A stretch of DNA of 64,000 nt from Hormiphora californensis (lineage: Eukaryota; Animalia; Ctenophora): positions 62,001 through 126,000 of the forward strand of contig CM035358.1 of the NCBI GenBank assembly GCA_020137815.1, in the 5' to 3' direction. Numbering within the stretch: the stretch's first letter is position 1; the number at the start of each line of letters is the position of its first letter. The notes beneath the pieces are model-generated. The model had not been told where the DNA came from and ran no database searches. It worked only from the letters and a program-made list of their open reading frames with translations. Both the position numbers and the translations under genes were made by a program. Below are positions 49,365-63,405 of the stretch, one piece after another.

Positions 49365-51114
49365 ATCCCCATTGGTTTTTATTTTTTAAAAGAATTCTTT
49401 ATTAATTACTTGGGTGTTTTGAGGCACCCCCTCTAAATACACGACTTGTCCTTTAGAGCATGGAACCTTCTCGATAAGCGGGTTCTTTGCCCTTGTTTTA
49501 AAGTGATCTGACTGCTCCGACCATTAGTTACAAACAATGCCTCTAAACCGTGGGGTGAAACGGGAGGGATGCCGGGTGGGGTGATTGGGTGATTGGTTAT
49601 TAACCAATACATTCCAGCAATACCGATCTCACCAAAATACAGACTTATTGTCTAACAGAGGGTTCTTTTCCATGCTCTGGTTCGAGTAGCATGCCAACCG
49701 ATGCATTAATGGTAGATTATGGCTTTTGTGAGTCTGATTGGGAAGAAAGTGTTAACAGTCACAGCCATGTATAACAACTACGGACAAACTTACGAACAAT
49801 CAAATACACATTACATTTACACACACACACACACAGTCACACACACACACACCAACATGTATGTGTACAAGACAGGCATACACATGTATTAAGGACGACA
49901 TACAACACCGTCTTCAATGCGTACTGCCGGGTATTTGGAAAGTTTTGAGTTTTGACCCACATGTCACACACAGCTCAATGAGTTGATGTAACGCGCGGCG
50001 ACATAGACCTTCATCGTTTCGCGCGCAGCTGAGCCTGAGCCACCTGAGCCATTTAGAGCACGAGACTCACCAAGAGGTCAAATCAAAATTTTTTCACTTC
50101 ACTTTTTTTTCACTTCGCTTTTTTTTCACTTCACTTTTTTTACACTTCGCTTTTTTTTCACTTCGCTTTTTTTTCACTTCACTTTTTTTTCACTTCACTT
50201 TTTTTTCACTTCACTTTGTAATTGTTTTCACTTCACTTTTTTTTCACTTCACTTTTTTTTCACTTCACTTTGTTTTCATTTCACATTTTTTTCACTTCAT
50301 TTTTTTTTCACTTCACTTTGTTTTCACTTCACTTTGTTTTCACTTCAAATTTTTTTTACTTCACCTATTTTCACTTCACTTTGTTTTCACATCACTTTTT
50401 TTTCACTTCGCTTTGTTTTTACTTCACTTTTTTTTCACTTCACTTTGATTTCACTTCAATTTCTTCTCACTTTTAGTTCGCTTTTTATAATTTAACACAG
50501 AAAGACGACTCAATTCAACATGAGCCATTTCGAGCACCATACACGACTTAACACCATGTTCTCACTGTGTGTAAAGTTGCAGATCTCAGCAGGAGGGGGG
50601 AGGTTTGGTTGTGTGGTTCTGCAAAGCTCGAACAGAATATGAAATTAGTATATTCCTGATTCTGATTTATATGAAAGCAAAATCCACTTTACCCGACTAA
50701 TTTTGATACGCTGAATCACATCAGCAACTTTTCCAAGCCCTCAGAGGTGGGGAAATTGCCATAATTGAGCATAATTGGGTATTATGTATATGGGCATATA
50801 CATGTAGTTTGTTAATTTTCTCTAGGTATTTCATTTATTGATGCAATGCTAGATACTCCTCAGATCCTACTATTTACCCCAACAGAAATCCTACAGGACC
50901 TTCTAGACACCCATGATTTCAGACTGAAAGAGACCCTGCTAAACAGCCTGAGAAGGATATATAGCACGACCTAACAGGTCTTGATTTGGGGGGGGGGGGG
51001 GGGGCATTTCGCAGGGTCTGCTTTCTGAGGGGTCTGTAGTAGGATAACTTACTGCCTTTCTCTTTCTCTTTCTCTCTCTCCTTCTCTCTCTCTCTCTCGC
51101 TCTCTCTCTCTCTT

Positions 51115-51193
<79 letters not shown>

Positions 51194-51452
51194 ACCATTT
51201 TAGGAGGGAGGGGGGCAAAGACTAATTTTCAGACCTCTAGAACGAAAATCTTTTTTATTGGAATGAACATTTCCATTCATTTCAAAAAGATTCGGTGAGA
51301 ATGGTTGGAAAGATAATCGACAGCTAAAGATAATTGCTTGAATTCGAGATCGAAAAACGATCTTTTTGAAATGAATGGAAATGTTCATTCCAATAAAAAA
51401 GAATTTCGTTCTAGAGGTCTGAAAATTGGTCTTTCCCCCCCCCCCTCCTAAA

Positions 51453-51496
<44 letters not shown>

Positions 51497-51546
51497 CTGA
51501 GAGAGAGAGAGAGAGGGAGAGAGGAGAGAGAGGAGAGAGAAGAGAG

Positions 51547-51703
<157 letters not shown>

Positions 51704-53128
51704 TAGAGAGAGCTAGAGAGAGAGAGAAAGAGAGAGAGAGCTAGAGAAAGAGAAAGGCAGTTAGTTATCCTACTACAGACCCCTCAGAAAGCAGACCCTG
51801 CGAAATGCCCCCAAAATCTTACAAGACAACCCGTTAGGTCGTGCTATATATCCCTCTCAGGCTGTTTAGCAGGGTATCTTTCAGTCTGAAATCATGGGTG
51901 TCTAGAAGGTCTTGTAGGATTTCTGTTGGGGTAAATAGTAGGATCTGAGGAGTATCTAGCATTGCATCAATAAATGAAATAGAGAAAATTAACAAACTAC
52001 ATGTATATGCTCAGTTATGCCCATATAATACCCAATTATGCTCAATTATGGCAATTTCCCCACCTCTGAGGGCTTGGAAAAGTTGCTCATGTGATTCAGC
52101 GTATCAAAATTAGTCGGGTAAAGTGGATTTTGCTTTCATATAAATCAGAATCAGGAATATACTAATTTCATATTCTGTTCGAGCTTTGCAGAACCACACA
52201 ACCAAACCTCCCCCCTCCTGCTGAGATCTGCAACTTTACACACAGTGAGAACATGGTGTTAAGTCGTGGGAGAGAGAGAGATACATAAGAACATACTACT
52301 GGGGCGACCTTATTTTGTATTTTGGTATGTATCTCTCTCCCTCGCTACGTTGTTGTCATATTCTCACTCATCTCGACAGTGGGGGAGAGAGAGATACATA
52401 CGAACATACTACTGGGGCGACCTTATTTTGTATTTTGGTATGTATCTCTCTCCCTCGCTACGTTGTTCTCACATTCTCTCCCATCTCGAGAGCCAAACCA
52501 GATTGGTGAGATTGTGGTGTTAACTAGTGAGTGGGAGAGATACATAGGCAATAACGTTTGGGGCGACCTTAATTTGGAGGAGAGAGCAGTGTGATTTTGA
52601 AGCAAAATTGCTTTTTTCGTTGTTTTTCTTTATAGAAATCATGGGTATTGGCCCAATCTGTACAACTCCGGTACCACGGGAAAGATGAGACAAAGTTCTA
52701 GGTGGGACATGTGGCCAATTTTTGAGATCGGTTTTAGTTCCTGAGCTACAATCAAAACAAAATGCTTGGGTAACGTGACTGATTTTGGTAGTCGGACGCG
52801 GTTTTTGCTGTCATTTTGCTTGTTGTTTTCCAAATTAAACCTAGTTTTCAACAGCAAACTCGGAATTAAATTTTCTAAAAGATGGTGTTTATTAGAACTT
52901 GATACGACGAGAAAAGGACACACGACAAGCATTTGTTTGCATGTTGGTCAAAGTGCGGAATATTTTAGAGAGTAAAAGGAGGATTCGGGGCGACCTTAGG
53001 AATAGACCCTGCACAAGTCAACATGTGGAGTGCCATATTGGGTATTAGATTATTACGCGCGCGCGATTTTAAATGCCGATCACTACTACTTTGCTTGCTT
53101 TCCTCATCCACAAACAAGTGAAACTTAC

Positions 53129-53198
53129 TGCTTGCAGGCGAGTCTGATGGAGGTGCTGTCGTCGGGTCACTTACAACTTGTATAGATCTGAAGTTTTC
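53129..53198 (-). CDS. GAK: GAK-like gene exon (low-complexity linker)
   Basis: Follows a 56-bp intron; phase 0-1, ENFRSIQVVSDPTTAPPSDSPAS; GTAAGT donor; phase matches exon 13295. Confidence 0.6.
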
Positions 53199-53254
53199 CT
53201 GCAATAAAAAAATTAAGACGGATATGGGCCTAGTAAAGACGGGCTCACACTTAC

Positions 53255-53364
53255 AAATGGACGAGTGTTTGGATCAACATTCTTATCTGATGCTATTGAT
53301 TCCAGCAGATGCAAGATTTGGGTAGTGGTAGGTCGCTGGTCTGGGTCTATTTTAAACACGCCTC
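53255..53364 (-). CDS. GAK: GAK-like gene exon (end of kinase domain)
   Basis: Phase 1-0, RGVFKIDPDQRPTTTQILHLLESIASDKNVDPNTRPF, kinase subdomain XI (DP..RP). Confidence 0.85.
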
Positions 53365-53679
53365 CTGCAAATAAATGGTGAATATCATTAACGTAAGTAG
53401 GCTTATATCTAATGATTGAAAGGCGCCATTGGGAGTATCACACCCCTTGCTTACGAAGTCACCCCTAACACGCTGTATTATTTGAGATGAAAATACCCCT
53501 CTAGTAAGGGGATATTTCAGCTTGACCGGGAAAAAATATGTAACAAGAGTTTTCCAACGCCATTGTACTCAGAATGGATCCCTCTAACGATCCCAACCAA
53601 TGCTCAAATTGAGCAGAGGGTGCTAAGACCTCATTTCCGGGTGGGCGTGGTACCTGCCTCCGCGTGGTACCTGCCTCCG

Positions 53680-55049
53680 CTCCAGCCAATCTCCCTCTTT
53701 TCCCTACTACTTCTCTCTGGATGTGGTCTCCTTGTACACAAACTGTGACATGAGGGCTGCAGTGGACTCCACTATCAGACGTCTTGATATGAGGAAACTC
53801 CTGATATCCTTCCTACTCCCCTCACTCCCTCTACTATCCGCTCTCTCTCTCTCTCTTGGACTTCTGCCTCGACCACGCCTACTTTGAGTTCAACGGAAAC
53901 TTCTACGCTCAACGTACCGGAGGAGCGATGGGTTCTCCCCTCACCGTCATCCTGGCAGGAACAACACGCTCTCAAGTCCTTCTCCGACCCACTGGGATCT
54001 TGGAACCACTTCGTTGACGACGCCATAGGAGCTGCCAGGGATTATGATCACGCCGAGTCTTTCTTCTCCTACATCAACTCCCTTGCTCCAGATCTCAAGT
54101 ACACCATCGAGCACCCTAAGGATGGACTTCTCCCCTATCTTGACGTCCTTCTCCATCCCGAACTCTCTACCTCTGTTTACCGGAAATCTACACATACCAA
54201 CCTCTATCTCAAGTACAACTCCTCTACTCCTGCCTCTACACGTCCTACCCTATCACCCGGACCTCTCCTCTCGACTCAAACGGACCCTCAACCGCTACAA
54301 CATAGACGTCACCTTCTCTTCCTCTTCTACCCTACGGAACATCCTCACCCAGACCAAATCTTCGCCTCCTTCTGATAGTACTCCCAACTCCATCTACTCC
54401 ATTCTCTGCCGCGACTGCTCATCTTTCTACGTTGGCCAGAGCAAGCGACCAGTGAAAACCCGGATTAAGGAGCACGAATCAAACTTCTACAACAACTCTC
54501 TCTACAACACCGATGGGAAGATGAAATCTGCTCCTGCTATCCACGCTCGGGAATCTGGACACACCATGGACTGGAATTCTACATCTATTCTCTCCTCTTC
54601 TTCCTCCTGCCTCAGTCTAAATCTACTGGAACAAGCGGTATTCACACTCTTCAACCGGCGATTAACCGAACAGATAAAGTTCCTACTGTCAACCTCCAAT
54701 GGACTCACCTTCTCCCCAGGATTGCTAACTCCTTCAAACCCCGACCTGCTGGCATCTCCATCAAACCTAGATCTCCCAAACCTGTTTCCTAATTCTCTTC
54801 AGCTCGGATCACCTCTTCTCCCTTCCCGAGGATCACCTCCCCCATCCCCTCCTCTCGGATCGCATCTTCCTTCTCGGATCTCATCCCTTCCTCTCTCCTC
54901 CCCTCCCCGGATCCCATATCCTCTTCTCCACTACATAAACACTTTCATTTTCATTGTTGTTATAGCTGAAGACGTCTGACATAGATCAGTCGAAAGCTCC
55001 TGTTCTTAATTGAATATTAGTACTGCAAAATCGCTGTTTCTCTTTAATT
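53680..55049 (+). mobile_element. 5'-truncated, frameshifted Penelope-like retroelement (RT + GIY-YIG)
   Basis: YFEFNGNFYAQRTGGAMGSP, WNHFVDD, YLDV, VYRKSTHT; SIYSILCRDCSSFYVGQSKR..RIKEH; flanked by a GTGGTACCTG duplication. Confidence 0.85.
54961..55003 (+). ncRNA. Minimal type I hammerhead ribozyme in the Penelope terminal region
   Basis: CTGAAGA 54966-54972, stem II GTCTGA/TCAGTC, GAAA 54992-54995, short palindromic AGCT stem III, stem I ATAG/CTGT. Confidence 0.7.
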
Positions 55050-56763
55050 GTGGTACCTGTGTTTTCAACCTGAGGCCAAAACCATAAGTACCCTTAAAAT
55101 AGGAGTAGAGATGAAATCGAGGGCAATAAAGTGATCAGCGTCATCGCATTAGTGGGGGTAGGTGCCGGAATTAAGTCTCTATCTCATCTGGTTAATTAGA
55201 TAATTGGATAATTAGGTTTGCGCATAACCGATTTTTGGCAATACGGCTATAGCCATTTAAGAATGGTTTGGAGACTTTTCATTGGTGCCATTTCGTAGGC
55301 AAAGCTAATTTATGGGGGTCGACGTCGGACTTTTAAGCTCTATCTTCAACCGTTTAGCCGTTATCTGGCTTTTAAGATGCTCCAAATGAGCTAAATACGG
55401 TAAAAAGCCCGATTTTGAACACTGTTCAAGCCAAATAACGGCTAAACGGTTGAAGATAGAGCTTAAAAGTCCGACGTCGACTCCCCATAAATTCGCTTTG
55501 CCTACAAAATGGCACCAATGAGAGTCTCCAAATCATTCTTAAGTGGCTATAGCCGTATAGCCAAAAAACGGTTATGAGCAAACCTAATTATCATAACCAC
55601 TGTGCTACATAACCACTGTGCTACATCCCTTCATCTCTGATCTCAGCCCCTCACGGGGCTGAGATAGCCTCTACGAAGAAGAAAAAGGGTGTCAATCGAC
55701 GTGTGTTGATAAGGAGATCATTTTAGTGAAAACCATTTTGATCTGCGATGTCTGTGTAACGAATGAAACCTAAAAAACCTTACCACATGTTTTAACCAAA
55801 CGGGTATGCAAATGAGCTAAATACGGTAAAAAGCCCGATTTTGAACACTGTTCAAGCCAAATAACGGCTAAACGGTTGAAGATAGAGCTTAAAAGTCCGA
55901 CGTCGACTCCCCATAAATTCGCTTTGCCTACAAAATGGCACCAATGAGAGTCTCCAAATCATTCTTAAGTGGCTATAGCCGTATAGCCAAAAAACGGTTA
56001 TGAGCAAACCTAATTATCCAATTATCTAATTAACCAGATGAGATAGAGACTTAATTCCAGTACCTACCCCCACTAATTTGAGGACGCTGATCATTTTAGT
56101 GCCCTCGGTTTTGTCTCTACTCCTTTCCTAAGTGGCTATAGCCGTATAGCCAACAAACGGTTATGTGCAAACCTAATTATTCAATTATCTAATTAACCAG
56201 ATGAGATAGAGACTTAATTCCGGCACCTACCCCCGCTGATCACTTTATTGTCCTCGATTTCATCTCTACTCCTATTTTAAGGGTACTTATGGTTTTGGCC
56301 TCAGGTTGAAAACACAGGTACCACGCCCACCCGGAAATGAGGCCTTAGCACCCTCTGCTCAATTTGAGCATTGGTTGGGATCGTTAGATGGGTCCATTCT
56401 GAGTACAATTTCGTTGGAAAACTCTTTAATAATACCGCTCTTGCAACAGAAAAAATCATTCCTGTGCCCAAACTACAAAACAGAAAGTTCAAATTTTTGA
56501 ACATTCCGAGGAAATTTTCTGAGCTACCATTATACATTATTACATTAGGTCATCCAGTATTGATTGTCGTTGGGCTTTTATGGGAAAAATGGTTTGACAT
56601 ATTATAGCAAAATGGACCACTGTTTTTCTCACTCGATTTTGGATCGGAATACAATGCCTGCTATTGTAATATGGTTGTTCTCGGTTCCCACCAGGCAATT
56701 TTCTCTACCCCACTCTTGATCTTGTTGCCGCTGCATATGGAAAATTGCAATTTTCGAGTTTAA

Positions 56764-57043
56764 AGTGAGAGTGGACCGATACAGAATTGGACTAGAAAAT
56801 TGTAGGTAGTAGAGATTATTTCTCTGAGCATTTTGCTTTTTTCCCGCTTAAAATTGACCCCTCCACCACTGAGATACTTTTGTTATGTTGGGAGCATGAC
56901 GTCATGCATCTATCTCTTGTATTCTGTATGTGTGCGCACCCAGGCATGTTCGATGTACTGCCTACAGAGAGAATACAGAGATAGATGCGTGACGTCATGC
57001 TCCCAACATAACAAAAGTATCTAAGTGTCGGTCCACTCTCACT
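56764..57043. mobile_element. Kolobok-like MITE next to a piggyBac-like end at 57048
   Basis: TTAA|AGTGAGAGTGGACCGA..TCGGTCCACTCTCACT|TTAA, then CCCTTTGAGG (same start as the TIR at 633). Confidence 0.7.
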
Positions 57044-57699
57044 TTAACCCTTTGAGGACGATAACGAACGGCTGGTCAGAATTCCTTGAAATTTTGTAAA
57101 TTAGCTCCTATTGGTACCAATAGTAACCGTGCAAAAGGATTTTAGAATCCGTCGAACGGTTTTTGAGTTAGCGCATGGGTCATATATGACTAGATACCAC
57201 TAGAAAACACTACGACTCTAAGAAGTACACCCCAGAAATCCCGTGTTTCTGGTCGGGGTACCTCAAGGCTGGGGAACGTAACCACTGTGCTACATCCCTT
57301 CATCTCAGCCCAGTGTCCCGATCTCTGGAATATGAAGGAAAGATAAATGCAAAAATTCTGCAGCAAAACAAAATCTATGCAGCAAAATGAAAGATTATTA
57401 GGGCACTGCTGCAGCAGAAGATATTTCCCATACTTACACACAGAGCAGTGCTGCAGCAGTGTGTAACAGACAGAGAGAATATGTTGGGGCATGCCCAGTT
57501 GTGCCTAGTGCACCGACAACAGTCAAGTAAGGGGGCTGAGACAGCCTCTACGAAGAAGAAGAATGGTGTCAATCGACGCGTATTGATAAGGAGATCATTT
57601 TAGTGAAAACCATTTTGATCTGCGATGTCTGTGTAACGAATGAAACCTAAAAAACCTTACCACATGTTTTAACCAAACGGGTATGCTTCATTCAGTAAG

Positions 57700-58260
57700 G
57701 GTATGCTTCATTCAATCCTCCGCCATGATGGAATACGAGATCTGGTTGCGGAAATGTGTGTCTATGGTGGATTGAAAGCAGTGGAGAAAGAGAAACTACT
57801 ACAACCATGCAACAACCATCAACTCCATTTTGCTGCCAACACACAACCGGATGCCAGAATGGACGTGGTATGTACTGGACTCTGGAGGGATATGCAGTTG
57901 AGTTATCTTGATGTAAGGGTCTTCCATCCAAACGCCCCATCTTACATAACTCAATCAATAGGCAGCCTCTACAGATCGAAAGAAGCAGGGAAGAAGCAAG
58001 CGTACGGGCAAAGAGTCAGAGGTAGAGGGAGGAACATTCACCCCTCTCGTCATGAGCACCTTTGGCGGCATGGGAGATGAGTTTGAGAAATTCCTCAAGA
58101 AGTTATCGAAGAGGGTTTGAGACAAGACCAAGGAACCCTATGCAGAAGTTATCAGCCACTTCAGGACAAGGCTGAGATTCGGACTTTTGATGGCCTGTCT
58201 GATCGCCCTTCGAGGGAACAGGAGGAAGGTCGTGCCTATCAATATGCACGAAGTTGAACT
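57700..58260 (+). pseudogene. CRE-clade-like non-LTR fragment (restriction-like endonuclease domain)
   Basis: RHDGIRD..ARMDV..GLW..YLDVRVFHPNAPSY..EAGKK..Y, then after a frameshift FTPLVMSTFGGMG..RLRFGLL..LRG; internal stop. Confidence 0.75.
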
Positions 58261-58263
58261 TTT

Positions 58264-59563
58264 AACGTAAAACCAAAATTTTTTTTCGAGTGCAGGGAAA
58301 TCTCTCACCGCAGGGTTGTAGGCCATGCCAAGGAGACCTCAAATATGCAATTTTAGCCCTCAAGTCGAATTCATATTTTTGCTACAGCCGTTTTAAAATC
58401 GTCTTGAAAATTTCTGAAAAGACGTTTTTGACACCCTAATAATAAATTTTCAGGGCTAGAAGCTTAAAATTATGGGGATTTGAAGGGGATAGGAAGGTTT
58501 ATCGACACAAAAAATTTTATTAAAATCGGTGATGATTTTCGGTCGTGAGATTGATTTACCTTTTCCCCTCTTAAAGGCCCTATTTAGCAAAGTTCCGAAA
58601 GTTTGTGAAGGCTGTAAATTGGTGAAAAGTTGCGTCTAACGATTATCTAAGTGGCCACAAATTTTTGGCGTGTCCTTATTTGAGACAAGTTCTACAGAGC
58701 TTTTTTTGTGAAAGCCGTTTTTTTAGAAATAAAGAAATAGCCTGTATCTCAAAAACGACTGATTTTAGAGACCTGAGACCAAGCTTAAACGATTCAGAAG
58801 GTCCGATTTTGGGGGGGTCTTCTGAGAGACATTTTTCTCCTACTTCAACGGTTTTTGCTGTAATTGCGAAAAAGGATTTAGCAAAAAGGTGGAAAAGCAG
58901 CACGAAGCAGGCTGTCGGAATTCCTCTTTTGCCCTCTTCAAAGGATTTGTTTTTCGCAATTACAGCGAAAACCGTTGAAGTAGTAGAAAAATGTATCTCA
59001 GAAGACCCCCCCCCCAAAATCGGACCTTCTGAATCGTTTAAGATTGGTCTCAGGTCTCTAAAATCAGTCGTTTTTGAGATACAGGCTAATTCTTTTTTTC
59101 TAAAAAAACGGCTTTCACAAAAAAAGCTCTGTAGAACTTGTCTCAAATAAGGACACGCCAAAAATTTGTGGCCACTTAGATAATCGTTAGACGCAACTTT
59201 TCACCAATTTACAGCCTTCACAAACTTTCGGAACTTTGCTAAATAGGGCCTTTAAGAGGGAAAAAAGTAAATCAATCTCACGACCGAAAATCGTCACCGA
59301 TTTTAATAAAAATTTTTGTGTCGATAAACCTTCCTATCCCCTTCAAATCCCCATAATTCTAAGCTTGTAGCCCTGAAAATGTATTTTTAGGGTGTCAAAA
59401 ACGTCTTTTCAGAAATTTTCAAGACGATTTTAAAACGGCTGTAGCAAAAATATGAATTCGACTTGAGGGCTAAAATTGCATATTTGAGGTCTCCTTGGCA
59501 TGGCCTACAACCCTGCGGTGAGAGATTTCCCTGCACTCGAAAAAATTTTTTGGTTAGCGTACC
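58264..59563. mobile_element. 1.3-kb foldback palindrome
   Basis: Arms 58270-58880 vs 58950-59556; right end GCGTACCC|TTAA; explains the mirror ORFs 58665/58676. Confidence 0.8.
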
Positions 59564-59992
59564 CTTAATGGGCAGAAAATCAAAAAAATCCGGGGTATTA
59601 CGGTAACTCACTGCTCAGACATGAGACAATTTCCTGGATATACTCAAAAATTAGAACTTCCTGTTTTGTAGTTTGGACTCTTCTCTCTCTCTATAGTCTG
59701 AACGCGTCTCTCGCTTTTCCCACGGACCGTGGGAAAGTCGCGCAAGCCCTCTGAAGAGTTCAAACTTCATTTCTTTACGATATGTTTTGTCCAATAAGAC
59801 TCGAGAGCCTCAGAAAACAATATGAAGAGTTTTGATAAACCACAGACTATCTGGCACCGTTAGGAAAGCTCGAAACATCATTGAAAAAAAATCAAATAAG
59901 TGTTTGCATCGGTCATATACGTTTCTGTTTAAAAAAGATCAATTTAAAAAAAATTTGTTTGAGAATTTTTCTTTGGTCACATTTAAACTCAC

Positions 59993-60218
59993 GTATTATG
60001 GGAGAGAAAGGCTGGTACATGGTAAGATGTGTGTTTATAGGCTTGAACTTGGCGTTAACAATAGCTAACTTGTTATCGTCAAATGGCAACTCAAAGAAAC
60101 AGATGTAGTAAAGAAAACATCCTAGGGCCCAGACATCAGATTTAGGGCCAATCTCGTAATTAAGATAGAAATCCACCATCTCCGGTGCCCGAAAACAGGG
60201 TGTTGTGTTACATTGCAC
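59993..60218 (-). CDS. GAK: GAK-like (NAK family) Ser/Thr kinase exon, subdomains VIII-X
   Basis: Phase 0-1, VQCNTTPCFRAPEMVDFYLNYEIGPKSDVWALGCFLYYICFFELPFDDNKLAIVNAKF; NAK signature TT..RAPEM.D.Y; the downstream PTEN-like exons favour GAK over AAK1/BMP2K. Confidence 0.9.
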
Positions 60219-60249
60219 CTGGAAAATGGGGTGTGTGTGACTTCCACTA

Positions 60250-60700
60250 TCACTGTACTGGCAACCCAAAGGTTGCCATTCCCCCTCTTACAAAAAGCAC
60301 CACGATTAAAGTGCGATTTTAATAATGCGAACCGCTGATGCGCATTAATAATAACATAATTCCATTTGCACTTGCTAAATCCGGTTCCTGATAAGATAGA
60401 GACTTTTCATTGGTCGCAATAGAAAGATACAGTTTTTTTCTTTTCAACGCAACCAGGATCAAGTCTTTATCTTATCAGGAGCCAGAGCTATGATGGAAAC
60501 AACCGGGAAAATACTTTCCCACGGTGTCAAAAATCGGACTATATATGTTTTATGGGTATTTGGCTGAAAACCCAGGATTCAGAAGGCTAGAACGTGGCTC
60601 TCTTTTATCCGTTTCACTTGAAATGTAGACCCGTCTTGGGGTCTTTGACTTGAGAATAAATTTTCAAGCCTCTGGTGCACGACTTTTCGCATATATATGC
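60250..60700 (+). mobile_element. 5' part of a TCACTG-family Helitron-like element
   Basis: A|TCACTGTACTGGCAACCCAAAGGTTGCC; 60545-60670 resembles 5205-5345; 3' end not found. Confidence 0.5.
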
Positions 60701-62331
60701 TGATCTAAGCGCTCATAATACTAGTAGGATAGACACGTATAATACTAGTAGGATAGACGCTTTCGAGGGGGGGGGGGGTGTTGTCCAGCCCTAAAAAAGC
60801 TAAGCCATCTGCCAAAATTAGTGTACCGTTAGCCTTTTTAGCTTTTTTAGCTTTGTTTTCGCTTTTTAAGCTTTTATAGCCTTTTTAGTAAGTTGAAAAC
60901 ATGAAACATGCTGCCAGACCGAACCCAAGGAACTGAGACAAACCCCGCCACACCACCATCCAAGCCCAACTTCAACTTACCAGCACCGTCCCCACTAAAC
61001 CTCCAACCCCAACTAGCGCCGCCTAACACCAAGAGATCTGGAACAGCGAAAAGATCGAGACCCTCCGTCCACTAAGATGGTAAACGTGGACACTCGCCAG
61101 AAACCGAGACCCAGATCGAACTCATCAGCCGTAAACCTGACACCGTTTCGGGGCTTTAATTCGGTACACAAGGTACTAAGTCAGGCGCCCCGGTAATCTT
61201 GACAATCTGAGACCACTGTTCGATCTATACCCAGTTGCCCAGAATGAATGTGTCGACTGGGGTCCCTCACTGCCTCCCCCTTTGACAGGTTTATGACAGT
61301 AAGGGTACACCCATCCAAACACACATTCCACTGCGAGGGCGAGTCTCAACCACTTCACTGACTCCACTACTCCACATTCCTGTACTCCCACTCCTTCTTC
61401 GCCTCCCTCTAAAGTCTAAACCCAATACTAGAAGCTGCTCTAGTGAGACTATCTCCTACCTGCCCTCGAGCCCCAACCTCTACAACCATATTAAAAGGGG
61501 GGGGTAATGATGGTGACAAATGGTGACGTATGGTGACAAATGGTGATGGTGACATGACCAAAATTTTGAGATGAGTGACCACTATTTGTCACCATTCTCT
61601 CTGGAGCTTCCTACAGGCAATTGCATAATATGATGATATGGGACATAATATGATCTTATGGGACACTGGGGGACACTTCTACCAAGTTTCAAGTCGATTG
61701 GATGTAATTAAGGGACCTCACAGGTGGTTAATTGCGCTTTTATGTGTTGTGCGAGGGAGGCACACCCTCAACGTGACTTTTGGAAGTTTTAGCGGTCTAA
61801 AACACTACTAGCCGATCCGGAATGGCCATGCCAACAACTTATGAACATATATACATAGAGGAAGTAATTTTGATATCTCCTTCTGGTGCTGATACACACT
61901 CACACGCCCTCCGTACAACGGTTATATAGGGGAATCTCACACACACACGGGCAGATCTCGGTCAAGGAGAGATATACATATTGGTCTACGGAAATTAATA
62001 ATATCAAATTTTTATAGAAATTCTGCCGAAATCTGCATATTTCGTCAAAAATGGTGACAAATGGAGACAAATGGTGACAAATAGAGACAAATGGTGACAA
62101 GTGGTGAACTTGAGCTGACTTCCGATGTCAGAGAGGACAACCCAGTCCTTAGCGCCTGACAGGATCCCACACCCACTAACCCTCTTCTTCCCCTTCTTAC
62201 CTCGATACTCCGGGACCCTCTCGTGGACCTCGATGCAGCGTTAGCATGGAGCTCGCAGTGAAACTTTAACTGCTCGCCTATCTAAAAAAGCTAAAAAAGG
62301 CCAAAATCGAGATCTAAGTGGATTCATTATA

Positions 62332-63203
62332 CAGTCGGACCCCGATTTAGGGACACCCTCGGGGGAAAGGGTCTTGTCCACTAAATCGGGGTGTCCACTA
62401 AATCGGGGTGAGCCATATTTGGCCCATAAAAACCTATTTTATGCCCAAAATGCTATATTATTAAGACTAAAGACACCTCTAACTGTTATATATGCAATAT
62501 TCATATATTGATGACATGATCATTTCTGATTAGAAATAGGAAAATATAAAATAATTTTTTTTCAAAAAAAATGTGGAAAAATTTTTAAGTTATACCAGCC
62601 CGTCCGATTTGTGTTTCGAATCAGTGCAGCTTACTGGATGTCCTGTCTAATTAGCGGGTTCAAAACGAACCGATACGTGATACCATGCCGAATCGGGGCA
62701 CCCTAACCGGGTTAGGAAGTATGAAAATTTCAAAATAACTTTTTCTCTCAAAATTTATGGGGAGCACTGATCAAAGCATTGACAATCGTACTGTAAACTT
62801 TTGCAAAAAAGTTTTAAAAATTTTTAAACGTATACCAGCCACGTCCGAATCGTGTTTTGAATCGGTACATCTTATCACATGTCCTGCTGCTAATTAGACG
62901 GTTCGGAACGAATCGAAAAGTGATCCCCATCGAATCGAAATTTTGACGCTTGGTGAACTTTTGATTCAATGGCCCCATGGGGATCACGTATCGGTTCGTT
63001 CCGAAACTTCTAATTAGCAGCAGGACATGCGATAAGATTCACTGATTCCAAACACGATTCGGCTGGTATCTTTTTGAAAAATTTTCAAAAAAATTTCACA
63101 AAAAATTTCACAAAAAAAATTCAAAAAATTTTTGGGGGAAAAAAATCCTGTCCCTAAATCGGGGTGTCCCTAAATCGGGGGTCCCTAAATCGGGGTCCGA
63201 CTG
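62332..63203. mobile_element. pogo-like MITE (inverted relative of 9994-10838)
   Basis: TA|CAGTCGGACCCCGATTT..AAATCGGGGTCCGACTG|TA. Confidence 0.85.
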
Positions 63204-63405
63204 TATAGGTTCGAATCCCGCTGACGCCAAAATTTAAAAAAATTTATTAAAACATTTTTAAACTTTTTTAATTTTTTTTCAAACCAAATTGTAATATTTC
63301 TGATGAAAAAAATCTCTCCAGAAAATTGCAGTAGGGGTAGATACAGAAGGGCTTTCTATATATACATAAATGGTAGAGTAAAAAAGCACAGGAAATTAAG
63401 AAATA

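Larger units (their letters stand above)
53500..56430. mobile_element. Foldback element interrupted by a Penelope-like insertion
   Basis: 53545-53655 mirrors 56316-56425; 55050-55370 mirrors ~55860-56325; ends not resolved. Confidence 0.6.

Noticed and set aside
58665-59161. Mirror 161-aa ORFs (also 14892/18176, 35078/52639, 35813/50222)
   Set aside because: Artefacts of palindromic DNA with no protein motifs.
59820-59885. Second hammerhead (ATGAAGAG..CTCGAAACATC)
   Set aside because: The core CUGA is mutated and no associated Penelope sequence was recognised.
63205-63230. tRNA gene (GGTTCGAATCCC)
   Set aside because: Only an isolated B-box/3' half beside a MITE.
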